From Octopus sinensis (Eukaryota): a stretch of 64,000 nt of DNA. This document shows, in pieces, positions 1-14,263 of this stretch. The notes beneath the pieces are model-generated. The model had not been told where the DNA came from and did no database searches. It saw only the letters and a program-made list of their open reading frames with translations. Position 1 is the first letter of the stretch. Each line of letters starts with the position of its first letter. Where the stretch lies: NCBI RefSeq assembly GCF_006345805.1, contig NC_042998.1, forward strand, positions 188,604,001-188,668,000, read 5' to 3'. The position numbers and the translations under genes are program-made.

Positions 1-174
1 GTGGTATTATGTATAAAGTCGTTGACTCGAATTTGATGTTTGTTCTCTGATCAATGTTTTTTTTTATCTGTCTCAATTACACTTGAGCACTTCATTTTTT
101 GCAGTCTTATAAACCCTTTTGTCTCCATAAAAAGAGGAAGAAAGTATATTTATATATTATATATATATTATATA

Positions 175-210
<36 letters not shown>

Positions 211-213
<3 letters not shown>

Positions 214-410
214 CCTGTCCGGCACTTGTCACATGATAGATCGTTAGCCACTACACACATTTTTTTTCTCTCCTTGTTTTTTTCTGTGTCCCTTTCTGTA
301 GAAGCGCGTAGGCTTGAAATGTAAAAGACGTTTTCTACTCCTGAGCGTTATACTAAAATGTTTGTTTTGTACACCACTGTATTCGTTTTTGTTTTTTCGT
401 AAACTCTCCT
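211..410 (+). mobile_element. Short (TA)n-embedded non-autonomous element (HHR-bearing family H1; Penelope pLTR-like)
   Basis: Near-identical to 48200-48415 and reverse-similar to 17350-17535 and 60788-60995; flanked by (TA)n; carries an HHR-like motif at 292-327. Confidence 0.65.
292..327 (+). ncRNA. Degenerate minimal type I hammerhead-like motif
   Basis: CTTT-CTGTAGA-A-GCGC GTAG GCTT-GAAA-TG-TA-AAAG; stem I CTTT/AAAG; A6->U and stem II/III mismatches. Confidence 0.45.
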
Positions 411-466
411 CTATATATACATCTATATTATATATATATATATATATAATATATATATATATATAG

Positions 467-519
<53 letters not shown>

Positions 520-1187
520 TACATACACACACACACACCACACGCCACACACGCATATATATATACTTCTTGCATACATTTAACTATTGTATCAATTTTT
601 TGATTAAGTATTGTATTCAGAATACTGAACCAATGAGCATTTTATCCTGTGGTTGCATCTGATAACTCTTTCGGAGTACCTATTCGCATGTTCATCTGTA
701 CATATTAAAATGCATAGTGCTTCCTCGGAACAGAGATAGTAAGATCTTATTTTCTGTCATTTATCTATTTAAATATCCTTTACGGATACTATAGAATTTT
801 TTATGTATACCAAGTAACCAATGAGTGAGGTGGAGCTTAATATAGCATTCTATATGGTTTACATCGTAAACCGCAGCCTAGTCCTAAGAGTGACTGTATT
901 TACTTACCACAGGATGGAATACCATGGATTATAAATACATAGGTACACATCCAGTAGTATGTTGGATATTCTAATATCCTTTAGATGGTTCCTTAATCTT
1001 TAACTCATACATACACACACACAACACACACACACACACCCACACACACCCAACACAACCACACATATATATATATATATAGTTATATATATATATATAT
1101 ATATAAACACTTGCAGCATGGAAGGTGTTTATAAGCCATTTAAGAAACACACAAAACTGTTAGATTCACTTCAACATTTAAATTTTA

Positions 1188-1237
1188 TTTGTCAAAATAT
1201 TTTCGTTGCTTTGAGACCGCGACTGTTCACTGACAAA
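1188..1237 (-). ncRNA. Minimal type I hammerhead-like motif, G3:C8 core variant (inverted copy)
   Basis: Reverse complement reads TTTGTCA-GTGAACA-GTCGC ggtctcaaa GCAAC-GAA-AATATT-T-TGACAAA. Confidence 0.6.
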
Positions 1238-1259
1238 GATTCGAGATGCAGCAAGAAAC

Positions 1260-1310
1260 TTTGTCAGTGAACAGGTCGCGGTCTCAAAGCAACGAAAATA
1301 TTTTGACAAA
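1260..1310 (+). ncRNA. Minimal type I hammerhead-like motif, G3:C8 core variant
   Basis: TTTGTCA-GTGAACA-G-GTCGC ggtctcaaa GCAAC-GAA-AATATT-T-TGACAAA; 7-bp stem I, palindromic stem III. Confidence 0.6.
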
Positions 1311-1466
1311 TTAAATTTAAATGTGAAGTGAATCTAACAGGTTTTGTATGTTTCTTAAATGGCTTATAAACACCTTCCACGCTGCAATTGTTTTTGTTCC
1401 AGCACACGATCTCAGATCAAGTCACTTGCTATGCAAGTACATCTCCGTAATATATATATATATATA

Positions 1467-1506
<40 letters not shown>

Positions 1507-2396
1507 TATATATATATATTATATATATACATATATATTATATATTACGTGTGTGCGTATAATGTCTCTCTCTCTCTCTCTCTCTCACTATATATATATA
1601 TCTTATAATACATATATTTCTTTGAAAAGGGCTACCTCGATCTCGAAAGTTCCAGAGGAAAATCTAATTCCGTGGAAAGCGCCATAACTACGGGAGGTAA
1701 GAAAATGTGTTTCAGATTTTTATTAATTTTTGAAACCCTTATTATATTCATCGCTTTATGAGACATGTATTATTTTTTCAATTACATTTAATAAAATCAC
1801 GTCTATTAAAACTGGTCACGTGGTTACAATTTTATAGTTTTATTGGAAACTGTAACTGCATCTATTACAATATTCCTGGGACATTACACATCGCACCCAG
1901 TGAATGTTTTGCTTTGGTTTAGTAACATTGAACAAATTTAGTTTAAATTGTTCTCTGGTTAGATAAGAGACTATATCTCTTTAAAATTAAAATTTGCGAA
2001 GATGTTATAGCTATTTTCAAAATATTAGGTAACGGAAATGATTAAACTAAATGATCTAGAAAGACAAATCTAAGTGCATAACTGCATTCAATTTAAACAA
2101 AACTAGCTCATCACTGTTCGTATCTTGAACATATATACTGATATATTGCTTGGTAAGGAACTGACAGAGAAATAACATATTTTGGAATATCAAAAGTATT
2201 CAGGCCAAACTAATTCTCATTTTCTTTTGAAAAATTCTTTATAGTCGCTAAATTCCATGAATTCAAATTATTACGAAATAAGTCAGCCCAATCGGAACCT
2301 TTGGATTTCAAACAGACATTTAAAAAGTGAAACGAGAATAACTTAAAACACTGTCAACTACTTTTTATTCCTTTCACGGTATTTGAATCAGGAGAA

Positions 2397-2811
2397 GGCG
2401 GCGAGCTGGCAGAAACGTTAGCACGCCAGGCGAAATGCTTAGCGGTATTTCGTCTGCTGCTACGTTCTGAGTTCAAATTCCGCCGAGGTTGACTTTGCCT
2501 TTCATCCTTTCGGGGTCGATTAAATAAGTACCAGTTACGCACTGGGGTCGATATAATCGACTTAATCCGTTTGTCTGTCCTTGTTTGTCCTCTCTGTGTT
2601 TAGCCTCTTGTGGGTAGTAAAGAAATAGGTATTTCGTCTGCCGCTACGTTCTGAGTTAAAATTCCGCCAAGGTCGACTTTGCCTTTCATCCTTTCGGAGT
2701 CGATAAATTAAGTACCAGTTACGCACTGGGGTCGATATAATCGACTTAATCCGTTTGCCTGTCCTTGTTTGTTCTCTCTGTGTTTAGCCCCTTGTGGGTA
2801 GTAAAGAAATA
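2397..2811 (+). mobile_element. tRNA-derived SINE family A, one head plus two tandem bodies
   Basis: Head GGCGGCGAGCTGGCAGAAACGTTAGC, B-box-like GAGTTCAAATTCC, body of about 184 bp repeated twice; 15-bp TSD GGTATTTGAATCAGG at 2378-2392 and 2812-2826. Confidence 0.9.
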
Positions 2812-3029
2812 GGTATTTGAATCAGGTAACTTTTGTCGTATACATATGAATAGTGAGTTCAAATACAGGAGATGATATTAGCAAGTAGTGGACAAAAACA
2901 TCTTTTATGAGCTGTTTCAAGCTTAGAACAAAATTCACAGGAGATAATCCAACAGAGGATATACTTCGCTGCGACATCTCTGTTGTTTACACCAGTTAGT
3001 TACACAACCAGGTCCACTATGTTGGTTAT

Positions 3030-3333
3030 CACGTGATCACGTGACTGACCAGTCCATCAGATGTTGTTACATATCGCTGGTCACAATGCGTTCGCATTGT
3101 TTTAGCCTTCGAATGACGCCACCCCGCTGGCTAAGCGAGCAGACCAACAGTAGAAAGAGCGGGAGAAAGAGTGGTGAAAGAGTACAGCAGGGATCACCAC
3201 CCCCTGCCGGAGCCTCGTGGAGCTTTTAGGTGTTTTCGCTCAATAAACACTCACAACGCCCGGTCTGGGAATCGAAACTGCGATCCTACGACAGCGAGTC
3301 CGCTGCCCTAACCACTGGGCCGTTGCGCCTCCA
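3030..3333 (-). mobile_element. tRNA-derived SINE family B (tail type 1)
   Basis: A-box-like CGGCCCAGTGG and B-box-like GTTTCGATTCC on minus strand; TSD ATGTTGGTTAT; homologous to 20507-20757 and 36377-36680. Confidence 0.9.
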
Positions 3334-4064
3334 CATGTTGGTTATACTATCCAAAAGTATTGATTCATTTAATTACCTCCCTTGCTTGTTGCTTTGGCTT
3401 TGAAACTCTCCTATAGGAAGTATCTAACTACTAATTGCTTTGATAATTTCGGTTGATCGACATTATCCAACCCAAATCATTATATATAGGAGAACCTAGC
3501 ATATTTGTATGTAGTATGTAGAATGCTCCGTTGCACTATTTTTTCTCAGCCACCTCACGAGCGTACAAAATAGATTATACAACATACAATGCGCAAATTT
3601 ACATATATATCGACATCCATCAACTTAAAGCAACATGCAACTCGATTTTGTAGAACATATATTTTAAAAAAAGTCTAAGGGAGGTAATTCTTAACGGGAA
3701 ATATTTTGAGTGATCTTTAAACATAGACAGTGTTTTAAACATAGACTTTAAACATAGACAGTGTTTTAAACCAAGAAAATTGAATAATCTATTATTTTAT
3801 TTTCTTTCATTACACATCTAAACTTTTCTTCTAAATTCCGCTATTTTGGGGTGTGGTACGTAAAAGCTATTACGAAAGAACAGGAATCTTATAAGAATCA
3901 AAATACCGGTGCATATTAGGAAATCCCTCATAAAGATGTTGCTTAAAATAACTACCATTTTTGATAGCGCATGCATTCTAATTAATTGCATTATGAACAA
4001 TTAAATATTATTTAATAAGAATTGTAATGATTATGACACTTAACACGTGTTTTTTTTTCTTCAG

Positions 4065-4309
4065 TTTCAGAGGAGACAGGAGATATGCGCCCAGCTGCTG
4101 TCGTCCAAAATAGTTTATATTTTCAGCAAAAGACTGCTCGGTTATCTGCCCCTGAAATTTCCGAGCAGCCATTGCTGTGTCGTGCAAGCCTAGAAAATGG
4201 GAAAGTGCGCCATAGCATGTGTCACCTGCAAGATTTGTCTTTCGAAGAATTCCAAAAAGATGGAGATTTATTTGATCATCCACCACAATGTGTCTATAAT
4301 ATTTGCTAG
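4065..4309 (+). CDS. Candidate terminal coding exon of an unidentified host gene
   Basis: Strong acceptor TTTTTTTTTCTTCAG ending at 4064 (phase 1); open non-repetitive frame SEETGDMRPAAVVQ...DHPPQCVYNIC*; no homology recognised. Confidence 0.45.
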
Positions 4310-5129
4310 AGTGAAACTCGTGTACAATCATGTATATAATTATATAAAACAAACAAGCATAACAAGCGCACCTCCCTATACGTATTTGTATGTGCGTGTG
4401 TGTGTGTTCATGTGTTTATGTATGTATGTATGTATGTATGTATGTATGTATTTATGTGTGTATGTGTGAGTGTGTATGTACGTATGGATGTATGTATTTA
4501 TGTGTGTATGTGTGAGTGTGTATGCATGTATGCATGTATGTATGTTTGTATGTATGTATGTATGTATGTATGTATGTATGTATGTGTATATTGATGTGTT
4601 TGATCATCCACCACAATGTGTCTATAATATTTGCTTACAATCAGTTATGAAATTACGTAATTAAAACAGTCATAACAAGCGCACTACCCCATATGTGTAT
4701 GATTGTGTGTGTACACATGTTGCATGTTTACACATACACATATATATACACAAAACACACGCACAAGCACACTCATATGATTTATATTATATATGCGCGT
4801 AACGCATTCATACTTTAATACATGTATTCTTGCATACGTATATGCATACATACTTACATACATAAATGCATACATACATACATATATACGATTTCAGTTA
4901 ATTGGAATGCATCGGGATATCGAGATTGGAACACAAACCGAGGATACTGCATGATTATTCGTGTAAGTACTGGCTCAAAAAGATAAATCTATGAGTCCAA
5001 TTCTTGCTCATTGATCAACAGAAGAACTTAAAGGAATTATGTCTGAACTGCCATCTATATATATATATATATATATATATATGTTACTAGTTTCAGTTTG
5101 AGAGCTGTAGCCATGCTGGAGCAGCGCTG

Positions 5130-5925
5130 TTAGCTTTGCAACACTTTAACCACTTGAAACCTCTTCTGATATGTGCCATTTGGTGAACGTGGGAGATTGA
5201 AGTTGCTGCATTCATCTGCGTTTCCTGCCGCGAGATAGGTTCAGCCGAAACTCTAGATAGGAGGAGATTTAGATTTGCTTTGAAGATGCCTAGATCCATC
5301 CCAATGTTGGGAGGATACAGAAGAGCTGTGGGCCCTTGAAACTAAACCTGTTGCAGTATGTGGTCTTGAATGTCGCAGTATGTAATGTAATGTAGGGATC
5401 GTTGACACTATATAATGAATCGCTGTTCTGCTTTTTGTGAAACTTTCAATGCCAAAGTTTGGTACAGGCCGTTACAGGATTTTCCAAATGCATATTACTA
5501 CATATATTTCCCATCTTCGTTCTAGCCTCTCCCAGTAGGTGACTTGTTGAATTGAGATGTCTTTGTGTGGCTTCGCTGGATTGATTCGAGTTCTGCTCTT
5601 AATTTTACACTGCGTGGTGATCAAAGATTGGAACATTAATTTAAACGGTTGAGGACAAATCTCACAGTTTCCTGTTCTCTCATTCTAAAACTTCTAAGAA
5701 TCCATCTGGTCAGCCGCCCAGTAATATTCACCTGGAAAGATGCATCATTACTCATGTCAATGCCCAGATTGCTCACTGTTTTGATTCAGGGATTGAAATT
5801 CCTCCTGGGCCAGTGTATTCATTCAGCTTCGTGTGCAGGTAGCACAGGGTCTGGAATTCTCCAGCATTAAAATGCATGTTATTCTCTTCAGTCCACCTGT
5901 ATACAGCGTCCAATACTAGTTGCAG
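5130..5925 (-). pseudogene. Decayed CR1-type LINE, ORF2 C-terminal part
   Basis: Minus-strand fragments VYRWTEENNMHFNAGEFQ, NLGIDMSNDASF, WILRSF, YWERLERRWEIY..IWKIL, YCN..FKGPQLF.ILP, IFKANLNLLLSRV; frameshifts and stops. Confidence 0.75.
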
Positions 5926-5928
5926 ATG

Positions 5929-6020
<92 letters not shown>

Positions 6021-6030
6021 CAGATAGATA
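5929..6030. repeat. (GATA)n microsatellite
   Basis: Direct reading. Confidence 0.98.
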
Positions 6031-6729
6031 GGGATACAGATTATGCTACCCTTATTTCGCATTACAAGCCCTCCGTCGATCTGTGTTGACCTTGCATCTG
6101 CATGTGTATATGGGAACCTAGGAAAGATATTTTGTGAAAGACTGGCAGTTGCACATATAGATAAATCTCTTCGGCTTGGCACCAGTATCTGAACACTAAA
6201 GCTGGGGCAGATACCGAAAGGTTTCTCAGCTGACCCTCAAACACTTCCCCGTATCCATAGCCCTGGATTGATACATTTTTATTGACCCAAAAACATAGAA
6301 AGCAAAGATGATTTCAAGAGGATTTGAAACCGAATCGTAGAAAGTCAGAGCAAATACTGTGAGGCAATCTACCCAAAGCTATATGTTGCACAGTTCGCAA
6401 CATTCAAAACAGAGTGGGAAAACGCTAAGTTGGGAACTAATTCATTTTCACTAATTTCCACCAATCCTTCCACCACTAAATACGTTTTCACATCGGAGAG
6501 CTCATAATAGCTATTTTTCCTTTTATTATAAAAAAATTAGAATACTATTCATTTATTCTGACTTGAAAGATATATGTTGCACTAAACTTCTTTTATTTAA
6601 AGAATTATAGTCAATATCAGATTTAAATGAGATCAGCAAATAACAGAAGTTATCTTCGTGTGTTCCACTCAAAAATATATCGCTTAAACTCACAAAAATG
6701 AGATATTCCAGTTTGCTGGAATTTTATGC

Positions 6730-6880
<151 letters not shown>

Positions 6881-7438
6881 TATCATACATTCATACATAT
6901 GTGTGTTTGTATGTGTGTATTTGTGTATACCAATGGATGAATGTAAATATAATTGTGTGTTTGCATGTACTCACACACATGCACACATACATACAAACAT
7001 ACACGCACACACATATATATACACATATACATATACATATACATATATATATATACATACATATATATATATAATGAATATGTATATAATGTATATATAT
7101 AAAAATAAATATGTATAAACCTAGAAAATGATACAATGTGATCTTAGGGAAACTATATTCATATTTGTTGCATAGATTACATTTAATCACATTCAAACAT
7201 AACACAGTCAAACATGCATATGTTTGATTGTGTATCACTTAGATGTATCTGCGCATATTTGTGTGCCTAAACACATGCATGATTGCAGTGTAAATAGCAT
7301 ATGGTGTATGGGGTCCACTAAAAGAATACGTCCAAATTCAGTCGATTATGTCATCCCTCAGACATATTAGCAAAAGTTTCAGTTTGACTAACATGTCTGA
7401 CGGATGACATTTATATGCAAGTGAATGGAAAGATGGAT

Positions 7439-7822
7439 GGAAGCACTCCGTCGGTTACGACGACGAGGGTTCCGGTTGATCCGAATCAACGGAACAGCCT
7501 GCTCGTGAAATTAACGTGTAAGTGGCTGAGCACTCCACAGACACGTGTGCCCTTAACGTAGTTCTCGGGGATATTCAGCGTGACACAGAGAGTGACAAGG
7601 CCGGCCCTTTGAAATACAAGGTACAACAGAAACAGGAAGAAAGAGTGAGAGAAAGTTGTGGTGAAAGAGTACAGCAGGGATCACCACCATCCCCTGCCGG
7701 AGCATCGTGGAGCTTTATGTGTTTTCGCTCAATAAACACTCACAGCGCCTGGTCTGGGAATCGAAACCGCGATTCTATGACCGCGAGTCCGCTGCCCTAA
7801 CCACTGGGCCATTGCGCCTCCA
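7439..7822 (-). mobile_element. SINE family B (tail type 2)
   Basis: Same head as 3030-3333 with a different 3' half; near-identical to 15946-16330. Confidence 0.9.
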
Positions 7823-8079
7823 CGAATGAAAAGATGACTACATGCGTATATGCATACATAAATGTGCAGACTCTCATTCAATCGAAGCTTAAATTTTGTT
7901 TGATGCCGCCACCATATTAACACTAGCTGAGTCGGCATAGATTATTCAAACACCGATTGAAAAATCTGCGGATATGTCCGCAGCATAACTATAGTATATA
8001 GAACAGAGAATTCTATGAGGTGAAATTCTTTATCCATCCTTGCGGTGCTGAGAACTCATTTTCTAGTTCGTCACTAACG

Positions 8080-8110
<31 letters not shown>

Positions 8111-8399
8111 TGTGTGTGTGTTTGTGTGTATGTGTGTGTGGCGTGTGTGTGAAATCTGACAAAAACTAAGTTTTGGATTTCAAAAAGCATAACCTCTCCA
8201 AAGAGTGTCCTCTCTCATTCGTCCGACACAAATAAGCGTACATCCGTGTGCTTGCAGGTGAATGCATGTGTGTGTGCATGTGTGTGTGGGAGTATATATG
8301 TGTGGGGGCCGTGCGTGTGTTCGTGTGGTACACGTTTGCTAGTCAGTGATTGTCTATGCATGTATGCATGTATATATGTATGTATATGTACACACAACA

Positions 8400-8592
8400 C
8401 ATACATATATATTTATATATATATATATATTATATACTATATATATATATATATATATAATCCATACATATATTATATATATCTTATGTATATTATGTAT
8501 ATGTTATATATGCATATATTATGCTATACATAATATGTATATATATATGTTATATATAATAATATATATATATATATATATGTTATATCTTT

Positions 8593-8632
<40 letters not shown>

Positions 8633-8663
8633 TAGATATATATTGTATATATATATATTATAT

Positions 8664-8706
<43 letters not shown>

Positions 8707-9125
8707 TATATGTATTATATCATATGGATACATATTTTATATATATCACACAGATATATATCATATATATGTTATATACATATTATATATGTATATATAT
8801 ATTATATATATATATATAATATATATATTATATATGTATATATATATTATTATAATACATATTATATTATATATAATACATATTATATATATATATATAT
8901 ATTTCATATATATATATATATATATATTATTATATATATGTATTATAATATATAATAAAAATATATATATTTATATAATATATATAATATATATATATGT
9001 ATAAAATTATACTATAATATAGTATCCAATACATATATATATATATCATATATATATAATACATATATATATGTATGTATGTATAATTATATACGTATGT
9101 ATGTTATAATATGTTATATAATATA
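8400..9125. repeat. Long degenerate (TA)n tract
   Basis: Direct reading. Confidence 0.95.
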
Positions 9126-9348
9126 AATATGAAGTTAGTGTTTCAAAAAATACAAAATGACAAGTAAAGTTCACTCTTCCCCGAAAATGAACTCAGTACA
9201 GGCGTAGAATCCAAATATTTCATTAGGCAGAACTACAAGACAAATGTGACTTTGAAGTTGGGTCAGTAACGGCACATGAGACACTCTAACGTGCCGTCAA
9301 CGGCCAACGTTCGATATCAATCATCTGCCGCATCAAATATATATATAT

Positions 9349-9410
<62 letters not shown>

Positions 9411-9923
9411 TGTATGTACGTATGTATGCACGTATGTATGTATGCACGTATGTATGTATATATGTATGTATAATTATGGAAATGTTGCTGTATTTGTGGA
9501 CATATCTAAACTCTTTTAAAAGGAAAAAGGAAAAGCTAGCAATGCATTCAACTTGTGCACTTATCCATGTATCTCTGTATACAAACAGCTTCTGAAATAA
9601 TCGAGTCATTGTATACATATTGATGTATAATCTATGGTGTGTTTGTTTAGGTTTTATAAAAATGTATGTATAAAAATGTATGTATTAATATTTCTGTCGT
9701 ACAAGTGATTAAATCTATGTACAGTATATGTCAAACTCTACTTATTTCGGTATGTTGCTTGACTTTCGTGTATGTGTGTGGGGGGAAGGGGTGGCGTGTG
9801 TGTGTGTGTGCGTGTTTGTGTGTGTGTGCCTGTGCGCGCGTGCGTGTATGTCCCTTTAATTGAACTTATATAAACGATAATGTCTTCAAAACATTCACAC
9901 GCATACACACGCACACGCACACG

Positions 9924-9964
<41 letters not shown>

Positions 9965-10088
9965 ACGCACACACACACATATATATATTAATCTCGAGAA
10001 ACGTTTTCCACCTATCCAAACATATCAAAATGCATTCGTGGGCGTGTGCTTACGTATGTGTGCGAGTGTGTTTTCGTGTGTTTGTATA

Positions 10089-10136
<48 letters not shown>

Positions 10137-11040
10137 CGTGTGTATAAAATTGTGGTGTGTGTGTGTGTAAAAATTAAATGTATCGACTGCACAAAAATGT
10201 AGCTATATTTTGAAGTTGAATTTCTTTTTGTGATAAATGTTTATAACGGAAAAATTATATTTCCTTAGAACTTTATTAGGATAATTCTTTCGTATATGCT
10301 TAACAGTTTTATATTATTTAAATCAAATTAAATGAGATCGTCTAATATTTGATGTCTTTTTATAAAAACGTATTGACGATGTGACCGAACTGAAGAGAAT
10401 ATGTATAAAAACAGACACTGGTTTATTTTTAAAAGATTAAGTTTTCTGTCAGTGTTTATTAAATATATATTTCTTACAACAACAACTATAACAACAACAA
10501 CAGGAACTACAACAACAACAATAATAACAATAACAATAACAATAATAATAATTAGTTCTTACATAGGCGCAAGGGCACACATTTTGTGAAGGTGAAATGT
10601 CGATTTCAACCAAATGAAATTCTGAGTCAACCCAAGTCAAATTTGAACTTTAAACGTAAGTTATCTAACTAAATGTTTGATGCTCAAAATTACGACTTCG
10701 ACGGTTTGAACATCTACGGAAATGCTGTTAGGAGGGCGATAGTTGAATATTTCTTCATAATTAATAGGAAAATTGCATTTGAAAACCGCTAAACATTTGT
10801 CACATTTCAGCTTCATTCATTAGGTAATTCTCCACCTTTGCTATCTCAAAATAATCCAGAAAACACAATATTCTGATTAGAAAGTATTCTGTTCAAACTC
10901 AAAATTGTAAATGCACTTATTTTCCGTTTCAATGATCTTAATATATCAGCAATATACAGTTTGTCAAATCACAGAGGACAAGCAACTAATCTTATTGTTA
11001 CATTTAGATTTGAATCATCCGCTAACATCCGTCTCTGTTA

Positions 11041-11137
11041 TCTTCTCTCTCTCTCTCTCTCTCTTCCTCTTCTTCTTCTTCTCTTCTTCTTCTTCTTCTT
11101 CTTCTTCTTCTTCTTCTTCTTCTTCTTCTTCTTCTTC
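11041..11137. repeat. (CT)n-(CTT)n microsatellite
   Basis: Direct reading. Confidence 0.98.
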
Positions 11138-13537
11138 ATAACCCGTCTCTCTGTTATTCATCTTTCTCTGCTTTTATACATCTCTTTGCTGTCAAATGTT
11201 TAAATACATATTCCAACAGAATGCCATTGTTCTTTTTCTTTTACTCTTTCTTTGACGCAAATATTTCAAATGCCACCTTTTCTTTAGATATAGCTTTCAG
11301 TTATTTGGAAACCATTACACTTTTTTACAGATTTACTTTCAGATGTTTTGCAGCATGTTTAAATTTTTGGAACACTTTTCAGAATACTTTCACCGGACCC
11401 AGTTCCTATACCAGCAACTGTGCCTCTTATTAGAATGATAATTGATGCGCTATCAATACCACACACTCATAAACTCCCTTATGTTGATTTGCCGATTAGT
11501 TTCTTAATATTTAATTTGAAAATTTTTAATTTCAATATTTTTTCCACAGGGAAAATAGAATTGTCTAGTATAGATCAGACTAGTTTAGACTAATTATTTC
11601 AAGATTGGAGCCATGAGATGATTTTGGTCAATTTTCAAATCGAATTATAAACGCATACTTATTTTTTACTTTAAAACAGGAATTCTACAAAATCAAATTC
11701 AAAAGTTTAAGGAGTGGTCTGAATGATATTTAAGTTTCAATAACTTAAAATAAATTTTTGTCTTATTGAATTGTCTAAGTGAAATTTGTTTTTTCAAATT
11801 ATAAAATATTTATTATTGCTAATGTATCATATATATTTACATAACGTCTCTATTTGTTGACCACTTATCTTTATTATCCATCACAAGAATAAGTTCGTGA
11901 CTGTAAATACGAAAAAGTCGAAGCTTCGATCAATGTTAATTCAATGTTTTAATCGCTAAGAGATATGTTAGTTACCTACTTTCCTGCTGATTTTAATTAT
12001 TTATGAATCGTACGTTAAAAATTAGAGATATTCGTAATCATTATGAGTGTTTTTGTTTTAATTAGTTAATGGTTTTCAATTTGCTTCAATTAACCAAGTT
12101 ATATTTTGTTCAGTAATATTGATAAGCAATGAGATATTTGTTAACAAAATGCATCCTTGGCGACCGCTGTTCGTCCATCTGTGTGTTCTACACATTACAA
12201 AGGCTTTGTCCTCCGGGTATCGTATATTGCATATTTCCATGCTATGACTTGGATCAAGTTGTTAATGATTTTTGTTTATTATATTTTTTTTACTTTTTGT
12301 TTATTTACTCGGGTGCCTACAGCTAGTTTCTAATATACGATAGGTGCTAAGTATTTATCTCTGGTACATTGGATCTTTACACAATAATGCATTTCAGAAC
12401 AAATGTTCATGAATATACATGTGGATTTATGAGTGTCTGTATAAATTACATGCAGCTAAGGTCCATTGATTTATTTCTATAAAGTATCAACATTCCAAAT
12501 GAAAAAATACTTCGTCTTTTAGATTTCAGATTTCTATGAGTCCACACTTATATAATAAAGATTTCAAGTAAACAATTTTCAAAAATACATTTATGGAGAA
12601 ATGGTAATCTGACTACAGAGGGGCAAATTACTGGTACAGTGAAACTGATCATGCAGTAAAATTGGAAACTGGTCGAGAAGGCCATTATTTTAACAACCTC
12701 ATACACTTGTAATAGTTTGAGTAGTTGTTCAACACCTTAGAGGCTGCCTTATCATTGCAGCTAATCTCTGCGGAATATGAGTTTTGTGAATGAGAGAATT
12801 TGAATCCGAGAACTTCTGAATGCTCTAAAATATGAATAAATTTTCTGAAATTTTCTTCACCCTCGAAGCCAATATTAACTTTAATCAAATAATCAAATTT
12901 GTAGCATATTTTCCACTGAAGAACAAGTAGCAATGGAGAGCCTTTGTAGACGGGAGTAGAAACTTCATGTTCGAAATAAGAATGGCCTTCTTTTCGCTAT
13001 TGATCAATCGTATCGAACACAAGAATATAGATGCATCGTGAGGATCTTTGACTCTGTTCCAAACGTACATACATAAAAGTTCAATACTGATGCTGACACA
13101 GCTACTAACTTGATGGGGAAAATATAAATTTGTCAATATTTATACGAATAAATATATAAATATTAATAAGCATACACTCGCTTCAGCAAGCATACACAAA
13201 CATATACTAATAAATATACGTACGCATATACATATGTACAAGGACACGTTGATGCATATACAAACACTCACGCACACATGCACAAAGAGACACACATACA
13301 CACACTCACAATAATATATATAATGAGCATTTATATATTAATTTCATATCCTGCATCACATATAAGATCTATGAAAATACTACATACATATATATGTGTG
13401 TGCGTGTATGTAACTTTTACTGTAACTTTTACATAGTTTACACACACATACACAATCAGACACACACACAAACATGCAAACACACACATATATCTATGCA
13501 CATACATACATAAATATATATATAAATATATATAAAC

Positions 13538-13576
<39 letters not shown>

Positions 13577-13633
13577 TATGTGTGGTGTCTATATAAATAT
13601 ATATATATACATATATATGTATATATATAAATA

Positions 13634-13674
<41 letters not shown>

Positions 13675-14140
13675 TGTGTGTGTGTGTGTATAAATCTAAA
13701 TATATACATATATATACGTATATATAGAGATATAAATATATATGTATATATACAGAGATATACAGATAAATGAATATATATATAAGTATATATTATATAT
13801 AGATATAGATATATATATATAAATTCTTTATATCTAAATATAAATATACATATATAAATAAATATATATATAAGTATATTTATATATATTATATATATAT
13901 AATAAAATTATATATATATACATATATATACAAAATAAGAAATGGAGAAATACATCTTAAACAATAATCAACTACCAGATAATGCCCAATCACATAATTT
14001 ATTAAACCACTTCATATGAACATTAAGGTCAAACAAAATAATATAGAACAAAACAATGTACATCAATGAGTAATAAGATACAATAAGTACAGTATGTATA
14101 AGTGAATATAAATAAATACAAGTATAAATATAAACTAAAA

Positions 14141-14263
14141 CTTACAGCTGTTTCAGCCATGCAGATATGGGTGCTTCATTATGCTCATATTAACCATGTG
14201 TGATAGGTTAATATGTAGTTATAAATGAGACACTTACAAAACTGTCCCAAGGCCTTTTCAGAG
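14141..14263 (-). ncRNA. Hammerhead-like motif with extended stem II inside a (TA)n-flanked element (about 13930-14640)
   Basis: Minus strand: CT-CTGAAAA-GGCC...long insert with hairpin CATATTAACC/GGTTAATATG...GGCT-GAA-ACAGCTGT-A-AG; palindromic stem III, GUA site; G8->A. Confidence 0.5.

Larger units (their letters stand above)
1111..1449. mobile_element. Palindromic non-autonomous element (about 128-bp inverted arms 1111-1238/1259-1387) inside (TA)n
   Basis: Arms are near-perfect reverse complements around a 20-nt spacer; the right copy extends about 60 bp further; each arm has an HHR-like fold. Confidence 0.8.

Noticed and set aside
1615-1660. TTGAAAA-GGG...CTC-GAAAGTTC, possible U3:A8 hammerhead variant
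   Set aside because: Stems too weak to call from a single copy
12530-13140. Higher-complexity block, possible exon or transposase
   Set aside because: Stops in the frames following the candidate acceptors and no recognisable motif
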